A stretch of DNA of 64,000 nucleotides from an uncultured Dictyoglomota bacterium (GTDB lineage: Bacteria > Dictyoglomota > Dictyoglomia > Dictyoglomales > Dictyoglomaceae), in contig CAZZIO010000065.1 of the NCBI GenBank assembly GCA_964654465.1, forward strand, positions 1 through 64,000, read 5' to 3'. The translations under genes were made by a program, and so were the position numbers. Positions within the stretch are counted from its first letter, which is position 1. Every line of letters begins with the position of its first letter. The notes under the pieces are model-generated. The model had not been told where the DNA came from. It worked only from the letters and a program-made list of their open reading frames with translations, and searched no databases. This document shows, one piece after another, positions 19,621 to 29,368 of this stretch.

Positions 19621-19659
19621 AAAAGAGAGGCTGGAAGAACTTTTTCTTTCCAGCCTCTC
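19621..19659 (-). terminator. Terminator-like hairpin in the MATE leader
   Basis: 12-bp stem GAGAGGCTGGAA/TTCCAGCCTCTC, followed by TTTT on the minus strand. Confidence 0.6.
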
Positions 19660-19757
19660 ATAAGGAGGGGGGTGTGGGTAATATTATAATAAAAATCTCT
19701 ATTTTTTGTAAAGAAAAAATAAAGTAAAATAAGAAAAACTAAAAGGGGGTAAAAAAA

Positions 19758-20609
19758 ATGATTAAAAAAAGGTTTTATGGAAAAAATAAAGAACCTCTTT
19801 CCATAATAGGCTTTGGTGGAATATTAGTAATGAATGAAGATCAAGAAACAGCAAATAGGAGAGTTTCAGAAGCTATAGAGTTAGGTATAAATTATTTTGA
19901 TGTCGCACCTTCATATGGAGATGCAGAAGATAAACTTGGTCCAGCTATCAAAGGAAAACGAGACAGAATATTTCTGGCTTGCAAAACCATGCAAAGAGAC
20001 AAAGAAGGAGCTTTAGAAGAACTAAAAAAATCTCTAAAGAAATTAAATTCCGATCACTTTGATCTATATCAGCTTCATGCTATGACTACTGAGGATGATT
20101 TTCAAAAAGTAATAGGTCCTAATGGAGCCTTAGAAGCTTTTTTAAAAGCAAAGGATGAAGGTTTAATTCGTTATATAGGTTTTTCCGCTCATTCTGCAGA
20201 TATAGCATTAAAATTATTAGATGTATTTAATTTTGATTCTATTTTATTTCCCATAAATTGGGTATGTTATTTCAATGGCAATTTCGGTCCACAAGTAATT
20301 GAAAAAGCTAAAGAAAAAGGTATTACTATTTTAGCTTTAAAAGCCATGGCAAAAACTTCTATTCCTGAAGGACAAGAAAGAAAATACCCTAAATGTTGGT
20401 ATGAACCTGTTGATAATAAGGAACTTGCTCAATTAGCATTAAGATTCACCCTCTCCCTAAATATAACAGCAGCTATACCCCCAGGAGAATATAAGTTTTT
20501 TCAATGGGCAATAGAGGTTGGAATGAATTTTAATCCTATTACTCAAGAGGAATTGGAGCATCTGAAGAAACTTGCATTAAATATAGAACCAATTTTTAAA
20601 GTTTCTTAA
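19758..20609 (+). CDS. Aldo/keto reductase
   Basis: GFGG, YFDVAPSYG, LACK, DLYQLH, IGFSAH. Confidence 0.9.
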   Translation: MIKKRFYGKNKEPLSIIGFGGILVMNEDQETANRRVSEAIELGINYFDVAPSYGDAEDKLGPAIKGKRDRIFLACKTMQRDKEGALEELKKSLKKLNSDHFDLYQLHAMTTEDDFQKVIGPNGALEAFLKAKDEGLIRYIGFSAHSADIALKLLDVFNFDSILFPINWVCYFNGNFGPQVIEKAKEKGITILALKAMAKTSIPEGQERKYPKCWYEPVDNKELAQLALRFTLSLNITAAIPPGEYKFFQWAIEVGMNFNPITQEELEHLKKLALNIEPIFKVS

Positions 20610-20685
20610 TGTACTATATCTTGAATTTTCAGATCTTTCTGATATACTCCATATGGTATATATATAAAGGAGGTGATAGTAAAAT

Positions 20686-21660
20686 ATGGATTTTATTTCT
20701 ATTGCAAAGCCTATGGATAAAATTGAAGAAGAGCAAGAAGTAATAATATTAGGAGGAGGACCAGCAGGACTCACTGCAGGTATTTATGCTGGAAGAAACT
20801 TATGGAAGACCTTGATTATTGAAAAAGCAATAATTGGAGGAAATGCAGCCTTAACTGAAAAAATTGACAATTATCCCGGATTTCCTGAGGGAATAACAGG
20901 AGAAGAATTAGTTAAAAGAATGGAAATCCAAGCAAAAAAATTTGGTTCTAAAATATTAGAGGCAGATGTTCTCAATTTTCGTATTGATGGCATATGGAAA
21001 ATTATTGAAACATCTAATGGTATATATAGAGCTCCAACCCTTATTATAGCAACAGGAACAAGACCAAGAAAATTAGAAGTACCAGGAGAAGAAGAATTCA
21101 CAGGAAAAGGTGTCTCTTACTGTGCTGTATGTGATGGAGCATTCTTTACAGGTAAAAGAGTAGCAGTGGTAGGAGGAGGAGACTCTGCTGTTGAAGAAGC
21201 CATCTACCTGACGAAATTTGCAGAAGAAGTTATATTAATTCACAGAAGAGATACTTTAAAAGCTGAAAAGATTACACAACAAAAAGCCTTTTCCAATCCT
21301 AAAATTAAGTTTTTATGGAGTCATATAGTCAAGGCTATTGAGGGTGATAAAAAAGTGGAAAGATTAATATTACAAGATTTAAAAACCAATGAGATTAAAC
21401 AATTGCCGATAGATGGAGTCTTTATCTATGTTGGACTAATACCAAATACAGAAATTTTTAAAGATATTTTGAATTTAGATAAAGATGGTTTTATAATAAC
21501 AGATGAAAAGATGCATACTTCAGTACCAGGTATATATGCTGCTGGAGATGTACGCGGAAAAATATTAAGACAAATAGTAACTGCTGTTGCAGATGGTGCT
21601 ATAGCAGGCATGGAAGCAAGTAAATTTTTAGAAGATATTAAATATAATAAGGAGGTATAA
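20686..21660 (+). CDS. trxB: Thioredoxin reductase
   Basis: GGGPAGL, SYCAVCDG, GGGDSA, HRRD, AAGD. Confidence 0.95.
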   Translation: MDFISIAKPMDKIEEEQEVIILGGGPAGLTAGIYAGRNLWKTLIIEKAIIGGNAALTEKIDNYPGFPEGITGEELVKRMEIQAKKFGSKILEADVLNFRIDGIWKIIETSNGIYRAPTLIIATGTRPRKLEVPGEEEFTGKGVSYCAVCDGAFFTGKRVAVVGGGDSAVEEAIYLTKFAEEVILIHRRDTLKAEKITQQKAFSNPKIKFLWSHIVKAIEGDKKVERLILQDLKTNEIKQLPIDGVFIYVGLIPNTEIFKDILNLDKDGFIITDEKMHTSVPGIYAAGDVRGKILRQIVTAVADGAIAGMEASKFLEDIKYNKEV

Positions 21661-21662
21661 TA

Positions 21663-22346
21663 ATGGCTCTTTTAAAAGAAGAGGATCGTCAGTATTTAGA
21701 AAATCTTTTTAGGGAAAATCTAAAAGATAAAGTAAAAATAATATTATTCAGTGAAAAGGCTGCAGGAAGCAAACTTGTAGTTCCGGGAAGAATAGAATGC
21801 CCCTATTGTCAACAAACAAGAGAAATTTTGGAAGAATTAACTGGACTTTCTGATCTATTAGAACTTGAGGTACATGATTTCCTCACAGATGAGATTATTG
21901 CTAAAAAATATAATGTGGATAAAATACCTGCCATACTTTTTGAGAAAAATAATAATGTTTTAGGAGTAAGGTATTTCGGAATACCATCAGGTTATGAGTT
22001 CTCAAGTTTAATAGAAGACCTCATTGATATTTCAAGAGGAGAAACTCAACTTTCTCCTACAACAAAGTCATTTCTTAAGACAGTAGATAAACCTGTACAT
22101 ATACAAGTTTTTGTCACACCTACCTGTCCATATTGTCCAAGAGCTGTAAGGCTAGCCCATCAATTTGCTATGGAGAATCCATTAATCACAGCAGATATGA
22201 TTGAAGCAATTGAATTTCCACATTTAGCAGAAAAATATGAAGTAACAGGGGTACCAAAAACCATAATCAATGAAAAGGTTGAGATAGAAGGTGCTGTTCC
22301 TGAAAATGTATTTCTTGAATATTTTAAATCTGCCCTAAAAGATTAG
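21663..22346 (+). CDS. Protein disulfide oxidoreductase (thermophile PDO, two thioredoxin folds)
   Basis: Two CPYC motifs, GIPSGYEF, GVP cis-Pro loop. Confidence 0.9.
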   Translation: MALLKEEDRQYLENLFRENLKDKVKIILFSEKAAGSKLVVPGRIECPYCQQTREILEELTGLSDLLELEVHDFLTDEIIAKKYNVDKIPAILFEKNNNVLGVRYFGIPSGYEFSSLIEDLIDISRGETQLSPTTKSFLKTVDKPVHIQVFVTPTCPYCPRAVRLAHQFAMENPLITADMIEAIEFPHLAEKYEVTGVPKTIINEKVEIEGAVPENVFLEYFKSALKD

Positions 22347-23677
22347 TCTAATTTACCAAAGAAATGGTCTAAAGCCTCACCTACTAAATACAAAGATCCA
22401 GTAATTAATATTAAGTCAGTAGGTGAGGCTTTCTTTATCACATCTTCATATGCTTCTTTAAAATCTACATAAGAAAAAGCATCTTTTACAGAGAAGCTGT
22501 TTACTATTCTTGAAAGTTCATCAGGAGTTCTTGTTCTATTAGTAGGTAATGGAACAAAATGATAGCTATAAACCAATGGATCTAAAGTAGAGACAAAGCC
22601 TAAAGCATCCTTATCTTTCATCATACCGCAGATTAGAAATAATTTATCATATTTTATATATTCTGTGATAGTATCTCTTAAAGCTTTAGCAGAAGAGATA
22701 TTATGAGCACCATCTAAAACTACCATTGGATTTTCCTTTAAAATTTGAACTCTACCTTTCCATTCAATCTTTGAAAAACCATTTTTTATACTCTCATCAT
22801 CAATATCTATAAAATATTTTGATTTTAAAACTTCTAAAACCCCATAAGCAGTAACAGCATTAATTATCTGATGATTACCTAATAAAGGGATAAAATATAT
22901 TTTTTCATATGAACCATCACTTATTGAAAATTCCTGACCCAAATTACTAAATGACAATCTTTTCCAACTATATTTTTCATCTATTTTAATTATAGGAGCC
23001 TTTCTTTCAGTAGCCATTTTTTTAACCACATTCCATGCCTCTTCCTCTTGTAAAGATGAGATTACTGGTATATTTTCCTTAATAATGCCAGCCTTTTCAA
23101 AAGCTATTTGGGATAAAGTGTTTCCTAAAATATGCATATGATCATAACCTATAGGAGTAATTACAGATACTAAAGGCAATATAACATTAGTAGCATCCAA
23201 CCTTCCTCCTAATCCTACTTCAATAACTGCAAAATCGACTTTTTTGATAGAAAAGTATAGAAAAGACAAAGCTGTTAATATTTCAAAGAAAGTAGGAGAA
23301 CCATAAATAGGATGCTTTTTGGCTTCTTCAATATAAGGTTTAGCAATGTTTACAAGATCAACCAATTCCTCTTCAGAAATTAATCCACGATCAATCCTAA
23401 TTCTCTCTCTTAAGGTTTGCAAATGAGGTGAAGTATATAATCCCACTTTATATCCTGCTTCTTTTAGTACTGAAAAAATAAAGGCAGATGTAGATCCCTT
23501 ACCTTTTGTTCCAGCTATATGAATAGATTTAAAATTATTTTGGGGATTTCCCATAAGATTTAAAAGATATTTCATTCTCTCTAAATAAAACTTTTTCTCC
23601 TCATAAGTTAATTTATCTAAGTTTTTCTCATAATTTATAAAACCATATATGTAATCTAAAGCATCCTTATATTTCAC
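22343..23677 (-). CDS. folC: Folylpolyglutamate synthase/dihydrofolate synthase
   Basis: HIAGTKGKGS, TSPHL, EVGLGGRLDATN, DGAHN, TGSLYL. Confidence 0.95.
   Translation of the reverse strand: MKYKDALDYIYGFINYEKNLDKLTYEEKKFYLERMKYLLNLMGNPQNNFKSIHIAGTKGKGSTSAFIFSVLKEAGYKVGLYTSPHLQTLRERIRIDRGLISEEELVDLVNIAKPYIEEAKKHPIYGSPTFFEILTALSFLYFSIKKVDFAVIEVGLGGRLDATNVILPLVSVITPIGYDHMHILGNTLSQIAFEKAGIIKENIPVISSLQEEEAWNVVKKMATERKAPIIKIDEKYSWKRLSFSNLGQEFSISDGSYEKIYFIPLLGNHQIINAVTAYGVLEVLKSKYFIDIDDESIKNGFSKIEWKGRVQILKENPMVVLDGAHNISSAKALRDTITEYIKYDKLFLICGMMKDKDALGFVSTLDPLVYSYHFVPLPTNRTRTPDELSRIVNSFSVKDAFSYVDFKEAYEDVIKKASPTDLILITGSLYLVGEALDHFFGKLD
22371..22432 (+). terminator. Perfect 15-bp inverted repeat inside folC 3' end, candidate terminator for trxB-PDO
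   Basis: AAAGCCTCACCTACT (22371-22385)/AGTAGGTGAGGCTTT (22418-22432). Confidence 0.45.
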
Positions 23678-23708
23678 TTCCTATTCCTCCCATTTTAATA
23701 ATCTTTAA

Positions 23709-23737
23709 TTGATTTTAACATCTTTTTGTGATAAATT
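23709..23737 (+). promoter_or_regulatory. sigma70-type promoter for the DUF4914 gene
   Basis: TTGATT, 17 bp, TGnTAAATT. Confidence 0.55.
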
Positions 23738-23758
23738 TATCCTTGAACTAATAAAGGC

Positions 23759-23818
23759 TCAAAGATGACCAATATTTCCCTCATCAATGAGGATAGAAAT
23801 ATTGGTCTTTGTTTATTT
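23759..23818 (+). promoter_or_regulatory. Leader attenuator: terminator with two ANTAR-like hexaloop hairpins
   Basis: 12-bp stem GACCAATATTTC/GAAATATTGGTC plus TTTGTTTATTT; hexaloops AAAGAT and AATGAG (A at 1, G at 4). Confidence 0.55.
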
Positions 23819-23849
23819 ATAAAATGTTAGAAAGGAGAGCGATTAGATT

Positions 23850-25730
23850 ATGCTTAGGGAAGAAGTATCCTATTTTATAGTTCCAAAAGAAGTAGAAGAT
23901 ATCCTTCTTTCATGTAAAAAAGTTATAATACCAGAAAAAAGAGAAGAATTTTTTGAGCTCGCTATAGGAGGAAAAGATAATAAAGAATTTGAAGTAAAAT
24001 ACAATGTACCTGGAAAAGGAGAAGTAGTGGAAGCTATAGTAACAAAATGCAAAAATGGAATTGTAATAAATTATCCTGATGTATATATGAGAAGAAGAGA
24101 TCCAGATAGCTTAGTAGTTGGCGACGAAGGTGATACAGATAAACCTACATTTAAGGAAAGGTTTGGAGAAGATTTTGATACATTAAGAGAAAAAACCTTT
24201 GAATGGCTAAAATCACAAGAACTTATAGTCATGCCATTTATGTCTGGTGGAAAAGAATTAGGATACCCTTCCCTATTAATTTGCCCTTCTAACGCTGCTT
24301 TTTTTGCTGGAGCACTTGCTGATATTCAAGGTTTTATACCTAAAAGCCAAATAAGAACCAATTTTGAGCCTATAGCCATAGTATATGTAGCCCCTCCTTT
24401 TAGACATACTCATTTTGGAGGAAAACAAGTCGTAGTACATAATAGAATAAATAACCATCATGAGGTTTTTTCATATAATTTATACCCTGGGCCCAGTGCA
24501 AAAAAGGGAATATATGGAGTACTGTTAAATATAGGAGAAATGGAAGGCTGGGTTACTGCACATGCCTCAACAGTAAAAATAATAACACCTTATGATAATG
24601 TATTAACTATAATGCATGAAGGAGCAAGCGGTGGTGGAAAAAGCGAACTACTACAACAGATGCACAGAGAAAAAGATAACCGAGTACTATTAGGTACAAA
24701 TATCATTACAGGAGAAAAATTTTATATAGAAATCCAAGAATCTTGTGAAATTTATCCTGTAACTGATGATATGGCAATGTGTCATCCTAAGTTACAAACC
24801 GGACGAGGCAAAATGGTAGTAAAAGATGCAGAACAAGGATGGTTTGTAAGACTGGACAATATTAAAAGCTATGGCACTGAGCCTCAGCTAGAAAGACTTA
24901 CTATACATCCGCCTGAGCCATTAATATTCTTAAATATTGAGGGACACCCTGGTGCTACTGCTTTAATATGGGAACATACTATGGACGAACCTGGTAAACC
25001 ATGTCCAAATCCAAGGGTTATAATCCCAAGAAGATTCATACCTAATATTATAGATGAATCTGTAGAAATAGATGTAAGGAGTTTTGGTTTTAGAACCCCA
25101 CCATGTACAAAAGAAAAACCAACATATGGCATAGTAGGTCTCTTTCATGTGCTTCCCCCTGCTATCGCTTGGCTTTGGAGACTTGTAAGCCCAAGAGGAT
25201 ATGATAATCCAAGTGTAACCAATGGAGATTTAATGAGTAGTGAAGGTGTAGGATCTTATTGGCCTTTTGCTACAGGAAAGATGGTAAAACAAGCCAATCT
25301 CCTTTTACAGCAAATATTAGATTATCCTAATACTCAATATATACTTGTGCCTAATCAGTATATTGGTGTTTATAGGGTAGGATTTATGCCAGAGTGGATA
25401 GTAAGAGAGTACTTAGCTAAAAGAGGAAGTGCTAGATTCAGACCAGAGCAATTAAAACCTGCAAGATGTCCTTTGTTGGGATATGCCCTAGAAATAGTAA
25501 AAGTTGAAGGTCACTATATACCAAAGGCATTTCTTCAAGTAGATCAACAACCAGAAGTAGGACCAGAAGCCTATGATGCTGGAGCAGAAATACTTAAAAA
25601 TTTCTTTAAAAAAGAACTTAAAAAATTTATGACCTTAGATCTTGATCCCTTAGGGAAAAGAATTATTGAATGTTGCTTAGATGATGGGAGCTTAGAGGAT
25701 TATATAAAACTAATTCCTCCTCGTAGATAA
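23850..25730 (+). CDS. DUF4914 family protein, PEP-carboxykinase-like P-loop protein
   Basis: MRRRDPD, YPGPSAKKG, HEGASGGGKSE, TDD, CPNPR. Confidence 0.8.
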   Translation: MLREEVSYFIVPKEVEDILLSCKKVIIPEKREEFFELAIGGKDNKEFEVKYNVPGKGEVVEAIVTKCKNGIVINYPDVYMRRRDPDSLVVGDEGDTDKPTFKERFGEDFDTLREKTFEWLKSQELIVMPFMSGGKELGYPSLLICPSNAAFFAGALADIQGFIPKSQIRTNFEPIAIVYVAPPFRHTHFGGKQVVVHNRINNHHEVFSYNLYPGPSAKKGIYGVLLNIGEMEGWVTAHASTVKIITPYDNVLTIMHEGASGGGKSELLQQMHREKDNRVLLGTNIITGEKFYIEIQESCEIYPVTDDMAMCHPKLQTGRGKMVVKDAEQGWFVRLDNIKSYGTEPQLERLTIHPPEPLIFLNIEGHPGATALIWEHTMDEPGKPCPNPRVIIPRRFIPNIIDESVEIDVRSFGFRTPPCTKEKPTYGIVGLFHVLPPAIAWLWRLVSPRGYDNPSVTNGDLMSSEGVGSYWPFATGKMVKQANLLLQQILDYPNTQYILVPNQYIGVYRVGFMPEWIVREYLAKRGSARFRPEQLKPARCPLLGYALEIVKVEGHYIPKAFLQVDQQPEVGPEAYDAGAEILKNFFKKELKKFMTLDLDPLGKRIIECCLDDGSLEDYIKLIPPRR

Positions 25731-25819
25731 TAAAATATTTTTTTCTCTTTTAAAAATTATATATAAGTGGTATAAATATAAATAGAAAAAAGATTTTATA
25801 TTCGAGGAGGAATATAAAA

Positions 25820-26425
25820 ATGAAAGAAATAAAAGTACCGATAGGCGTGTCTGCACGCCATGTCCACCTCTCACAGGATGATCTGGAGAGGTTATTTGGA
25901 AAAGGTTACGAGTTGCATCCTTATAAACCTTTATCACAGCCAGGACAATATGCAGCAGAAGAAGAGGTAGAAGTAATTGGGCCTAAAAGGTCTCTAAAGT
26001 TAAGAGTACTAGGGCCAACCAGAAAAAATACTCAAGTAGAATTAGCAATAACCGATGCTATTTATTTAGGGATTCAACCCATTCCTCCCATAAGGGATTC
26101 TGGTGATGTGGAAGGGACACCTGGAATAAAGATTAGAGGTCCCTTAGGAGAGATTGAGATTCCTAAAGGAGTAATTGTCGCACGGAGACATATACACACT
26201 CCAAAAGATATGGCAGATGAATTGGGTCTTGTGGATAAGCAGATTGTAAAGGTAAAAGTAGAAGGAATAAGAGCTGTAGTATTTGAAAATGTCTTAATAA
26301 GAGTAAGCGACAAATACGCCTGGGAATTTCATATTGATACAGACGAAGCAAATGCTGCATTTGTTAAAAACGGAGATATAGCTACAGTAGTCTTTGAGCC
26401 AATAAAGCTTTTGCAAAAAACATAG
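25820..26425 (+). CDS. pduL: Phosphate propanoyl/acetyltransferase PduL
   Basis: SARHVHL, LSQPGQ, RVLGP, RRHIH, HIDTDEANA. Confidence 0.93.
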   Translation: MKEIKVPIGVSARHVHLSQDDLERLFGKGYELHPYKPLSQPGQYAAEEEVEVIGPKRSLKLRVLGPTRKNTQVELAITDAIYLGIQPIPPIRDSGDVEGTPGIKIRGPLGEIEIPKGVIVARRHIHTPKDMADELGLVDKQIVKVKVEGIRAVVFENVLIRVSDKYAWEFHIDTDEANAAFVKNGDIATVVFEPIKLLQKT

Positions 26426-26455
26426 CTAAAAAAAGCTAAAATAAAAATTTTCTAG

Positions 26456-26492
26456 AAAAGAGAGGAAGAAATAAATTTCTTCCTCTCTTTTT
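26456..26492. terminator. Intrinsic terminator after pduL
   Basis: AAAAGAGAGGAAGAAAT/ATTTCTTCCTCTCTTTT inverted repeat with T-tail. Confidence 0.85.
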
Positions 26493-26550
26493 ATTTACAC
26501 AATTTTAGATATAATTAATAGGTAAAACGAATTTCAAGGAGGTGATCTTA

Positions 26551-26838
26551 TTGTCCAACTTAATTATTATACTTCTTTTGGGAATAATTATAGCTTTAAT
26601 TTTTTCATTTCAAAATCAGACTGAGGTTGTAATCTACTTCGTATATTGGTCTTTTACAACTAAAATTTCTACAGTACTTTTTATTACTTTTGCAATTGGA
26701 GTTCTCTTAGCTTTTATTAGTATATTACCAGTTTTGTTTAAATATAAACGAGAAATATCGAAATTAAATAGAAAAATAAAAGATTATGAAAAACAATTTA
26801 AGATAAATAAAGAGCAAGAAATATCTCCAGGAAACTAA
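26551..26838 (+). CDS. LapA/DUF1049 family small membrane protein
   Basis: Two TM segments, FSFQN motif, C-terminal coiled coil; AAGGAGGTG RBS before TTG 26551. Confidence 0.75.
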   Translation: MSNLIIILLLGIIIALIFSFQNQTEVVIYFVYWSFTTKISTVLFITFAIGVLLAFISILPVLFKYKREISKLNRKIKDYEKQFKINKEQEISPGN

Positions 26839-26849
26839 GAGGTGAAAAA

Positions 26850-27743
26850 ATGATAGAGGAAAAGATAAAAAAATTAAAAAAAGAAAGAGATGCTGTTATA
26901 TTAGCTCATAATTATCAACTTCCTGAAGTACAAGATATAGCTGATTTTGTGGGAGATTCATTAGAACTTGCAAGGATAGCAAAGGAAGTTAAAGAAAAAG
27001 TAATAATTTTTTGTGGAGTACATTTTATGGCAGAAACAGCTTCTATTCTTGCTCCAGATAAGATAGTAATTCTACCTGACCCACATGCAGGGTGCCCTTT
27101 GGCTAATTCTATAACCCCAGCAGATATTTTAAAATTAAAAGAAAAATATAAAGATCATGTTGTTGTTAGTTATATAAATACAACCGCAGAAGTAAAAGCA
27201 TTAAGTGACTATATTTGCACCTCTGCAAATGCGGTCTCTGTAGTAGATAAAATTTCAGAGGATAAAATCATCTTCGTACCAGACCGAAATTTAGGCTATT
27301 ATGTAAGTAAGCATACTAAGAAAGAAATGATAATTTGGGATGGATTTTGCCCTACCCATCAAAGAATTCTTCCTCAAAATATATTGGAACTTAAAGAAAA
27401 ACATAAAGATGCCAAAATAGTAGTACATCCAGAATGCAGAAAAGAGGTATTAGACTTAGCTGATAAAGTAGCAAGTACAAGTGGAATTATCAAATACGTA
27501 AAAGAAGATAACCATCATAGATACATAATAGGGACCGAAGCAGGATTACTACACAGACTAAGAAAGGAAGTTCCCAATAAAGAATTCTTCCTGGCATCCC
27601 CACTTGCAGTATGTGCTAACATGAAAAAAATCACATTAGAAAAAATATTATGGTCTTTGGAAGATTTATCTCCACAAGTAAAGGTACCAGATCATATAAG
27701 AGAAAAAGCATTAATACCAATCATGAGAATGCTATCCTTATGA
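26850..27743 (+). CDS. nadA: Quinolinate synthase
   Basis: LAHNYQ, GDSL, FCGVHFMAE, AGCPLA, GFCPTH, HPEC, CANMK. Confidence 0.95.
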   Translation: MIEEKIKKLKKERDAVILAHNYQLPEVQDIADFVGDSLELARIAKEVKEKVIIFCGVHFMAETASILAPDKIVILPDPHAGCPLANSITPADILKLKEKYKDHVVVSYINTTAEVKALSDYICTSANAVSVVDKISEDKIIFVPDRNLGYYVSKHTKKEMIIWDGFCPTHQRILPQNILELKEKHKDAKIVVHPECRKEVLDLADKVASTSGIIKYVKEDNHHRYIIGTEAGLLHRLRKEVPNKEFFLASPLAVCANMKKITLEKILWSLEDLSPQVKVPDHIREKALIPIMRMLSL

Positions 27744-29368
27744 TAGATAGATATATTGCTAATTTCAAATCAAAAAGTACATTAGAAAAATTTGACATAA
27801 TAATTGTTGGAAGTGGAATAGCAGGCTTAATTTCAGCCTACTATACTCCCCCTCAATTTAAAGTCGGCCTTTTTACAAAAGACAAAATAGAGGAAAGTAA
27901 TACTTATTATGCCCAAGGAGGAATTGCAGTAGCATTAGCTCCTGATGATTCTCCCGAATTACACTTCAAAGATACTATTTTAGCTGGGGCAGATTTTAAT
28001 GAGGAAAAAATAGTAAGAATTGTTGTGGAAGAAGGAATTGATAGGGTTAGAGATTTAATAAAATTAGGTGTGAATTTTGATAAAAAAAATGGGCTTTCCT
28101 TTACAAAGGAGGCTGCCCATAGTAGAAAGAGAATAATCCATGCCCATGGAGATGCTACAGGATACGAAGTGGCTTGTACTCTAATTAAAAAAATTAAAGA
28201 TAAGGAGAATATTAGATTATTTGATAATCATATGCTTATTGATATACTTACCCTTGATAATCAAGCTTATGGATGTATCTTTCTTGATTCAAAAACAAAC
28301 AAAATTTCAATATATCTTAGCAGTTATATTATATTAGCTACTGGTGGAGCAGGCCAGTTATACCTTCATACCACTAATCCTCTCATTGCCACAGGAGATG
28401 GTATAGTATCTGCTTTTAGGGCGGGAGCAAGAATTATGGATCTTGAATTTTTCCAGTTTCACCCAACAGCCTTAAAAATAGATGCTCCCCAAAGATTCCT
28501 TATCTCCGAAGCAGTAAGAGGCGAAGGAGGAAGACTTATAAACTCCTATGGAGAGAGGTTTATGCTTAATTATCATCCTTTGGGAGAATTAGCCCCAAGA
28601 GACATAGTCACAAGGGCTATATACTTTGAAATATTAGAAACGCAAAAAGATGTATATCTTGATTTAAGACCAATCGGAGAAAACAAAATAAAGAGAAGAT
28701 TTCCTAATATATACAAAAAATGCTTGGAATATGGAATAGACATAACAAAAGACCTTGTCCCTATATCACCTGCTGCCCACTATTTTATGGGGGGAATAGA
28801 AACTGATGAATATGGAAGAACATCCATAAGAAATTTATATGCTTGTGGAGAAGTAGCTTGTACAGGACTGCATGGAGCTAATAGACTTGCTAGTAATTCT
28901 CTACTGGAAGGGCTTGTTTTTGGTAAGAGATGTATTGATGCTATATTAAATGATAACCCATCTTTGATCTCAGAATATGATGAAAACCTAAATTTAAAAG
29001 AAATTGAAAATGACAAATTTTTAAAGGAGAGAATACAAAAATTAAAAACTCTTATGTGGGATAAAGTAGGAATTATAAGGGAAGAAAGTAAATTAAAAGA
29101 AAGTGAAAGAGAAATAATTGATTTAATGGAAGAGATAAACGGAGTATATTTGAAAAATAGAAACTTTTTTGAATACAAAAATATGTTAACCCTTTCTTTA
29201 TTGATGATAAGATCAGCTATTCTAAGAAAGGAAAGTCGTGGTGCCCATTTTAGAATAGATTTTCCTACCTCAAAAAAAGAATGGAAAAAACATATAATTT
29301 GGGAAAAAGATAAGGAGGTAATATATCGTGATGTCAATTCCCCACCATCTTTTAAAAAAGATCATTGA
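27740..29368 (+). CDS. nadB: L-aspartate oxidase
   Basis: GSGIAG, AQGGIA, EAAHS, QFHPT, SEAVRGEG, HGANRLASNSL; ATGA overlap with nadA. Confidence 0.95.
   Translation: MIDRYIANFKSKSTLEKFDIIIVGSGIAGLISAYYTPPQFKVGLFTKDKIEESNTYYAQGGIAVALAPDDSPELHFKDTILAGADFNEEKIVRIVVEEGIDRVRDLIKLGVNFDKKNGLSFTKEAAHSRKRIIHAHGDATGYEVACTLIKKIKDKENIRLFDNHMLIDILTLDNQAYGCIFLDSKTNKISIYLSSYIILATGGAGQLYLHTTNPLIATGDGIVSAFRAGARIMDLEFFQFHPTALKIDAPQRFLISEAVRGEGGRLINSYGERFMLNYHPLGELAPRDIVTRAIYFEILETQKDVYLDLRPIGENKIKRRFPNIYKKCLEYGIDITKDLVPISPAAHYFMGGIETDEYGRTSIRNLYACGEVACTGLHGANRLASNSLLEGLVFGKRCIDAILNDNPSLISEYDENLNLKEIENDKFLKERIQKLKTLMWDKVGIIREESKLKESEREIIDLMEEINGVYLKNRNFFEYKNMLTLSLLMIRSAILRKESRGAHFRIDFPTSKKEWKKHIIWEKDKEVIYRDVNSPPSFKKDH

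Noticed and set aside
19661-19727. AAGGAGG followed by a GTG 17-codon ORF on + strand
   Set aside because: No supporting promoter or peptide features; noted only as the complement of the C-rich leader
23726-23743. Rex-like box TTGTGATAAATTTATCCT
   Set aside because: Right half-site is a poor match; explained by the extended -10 element
25729-25800. AT-rich imperfect inverted repeat between DUF4914 and pduL
   Set aside because: Nearly all A/T pairs, expected by chance at this composition
27650-27739. Longer nadB start from the ORF track
   Set aside because: Overlaps nadA by about 90 nt; ATG 27740 gives a typical ATGA coupling
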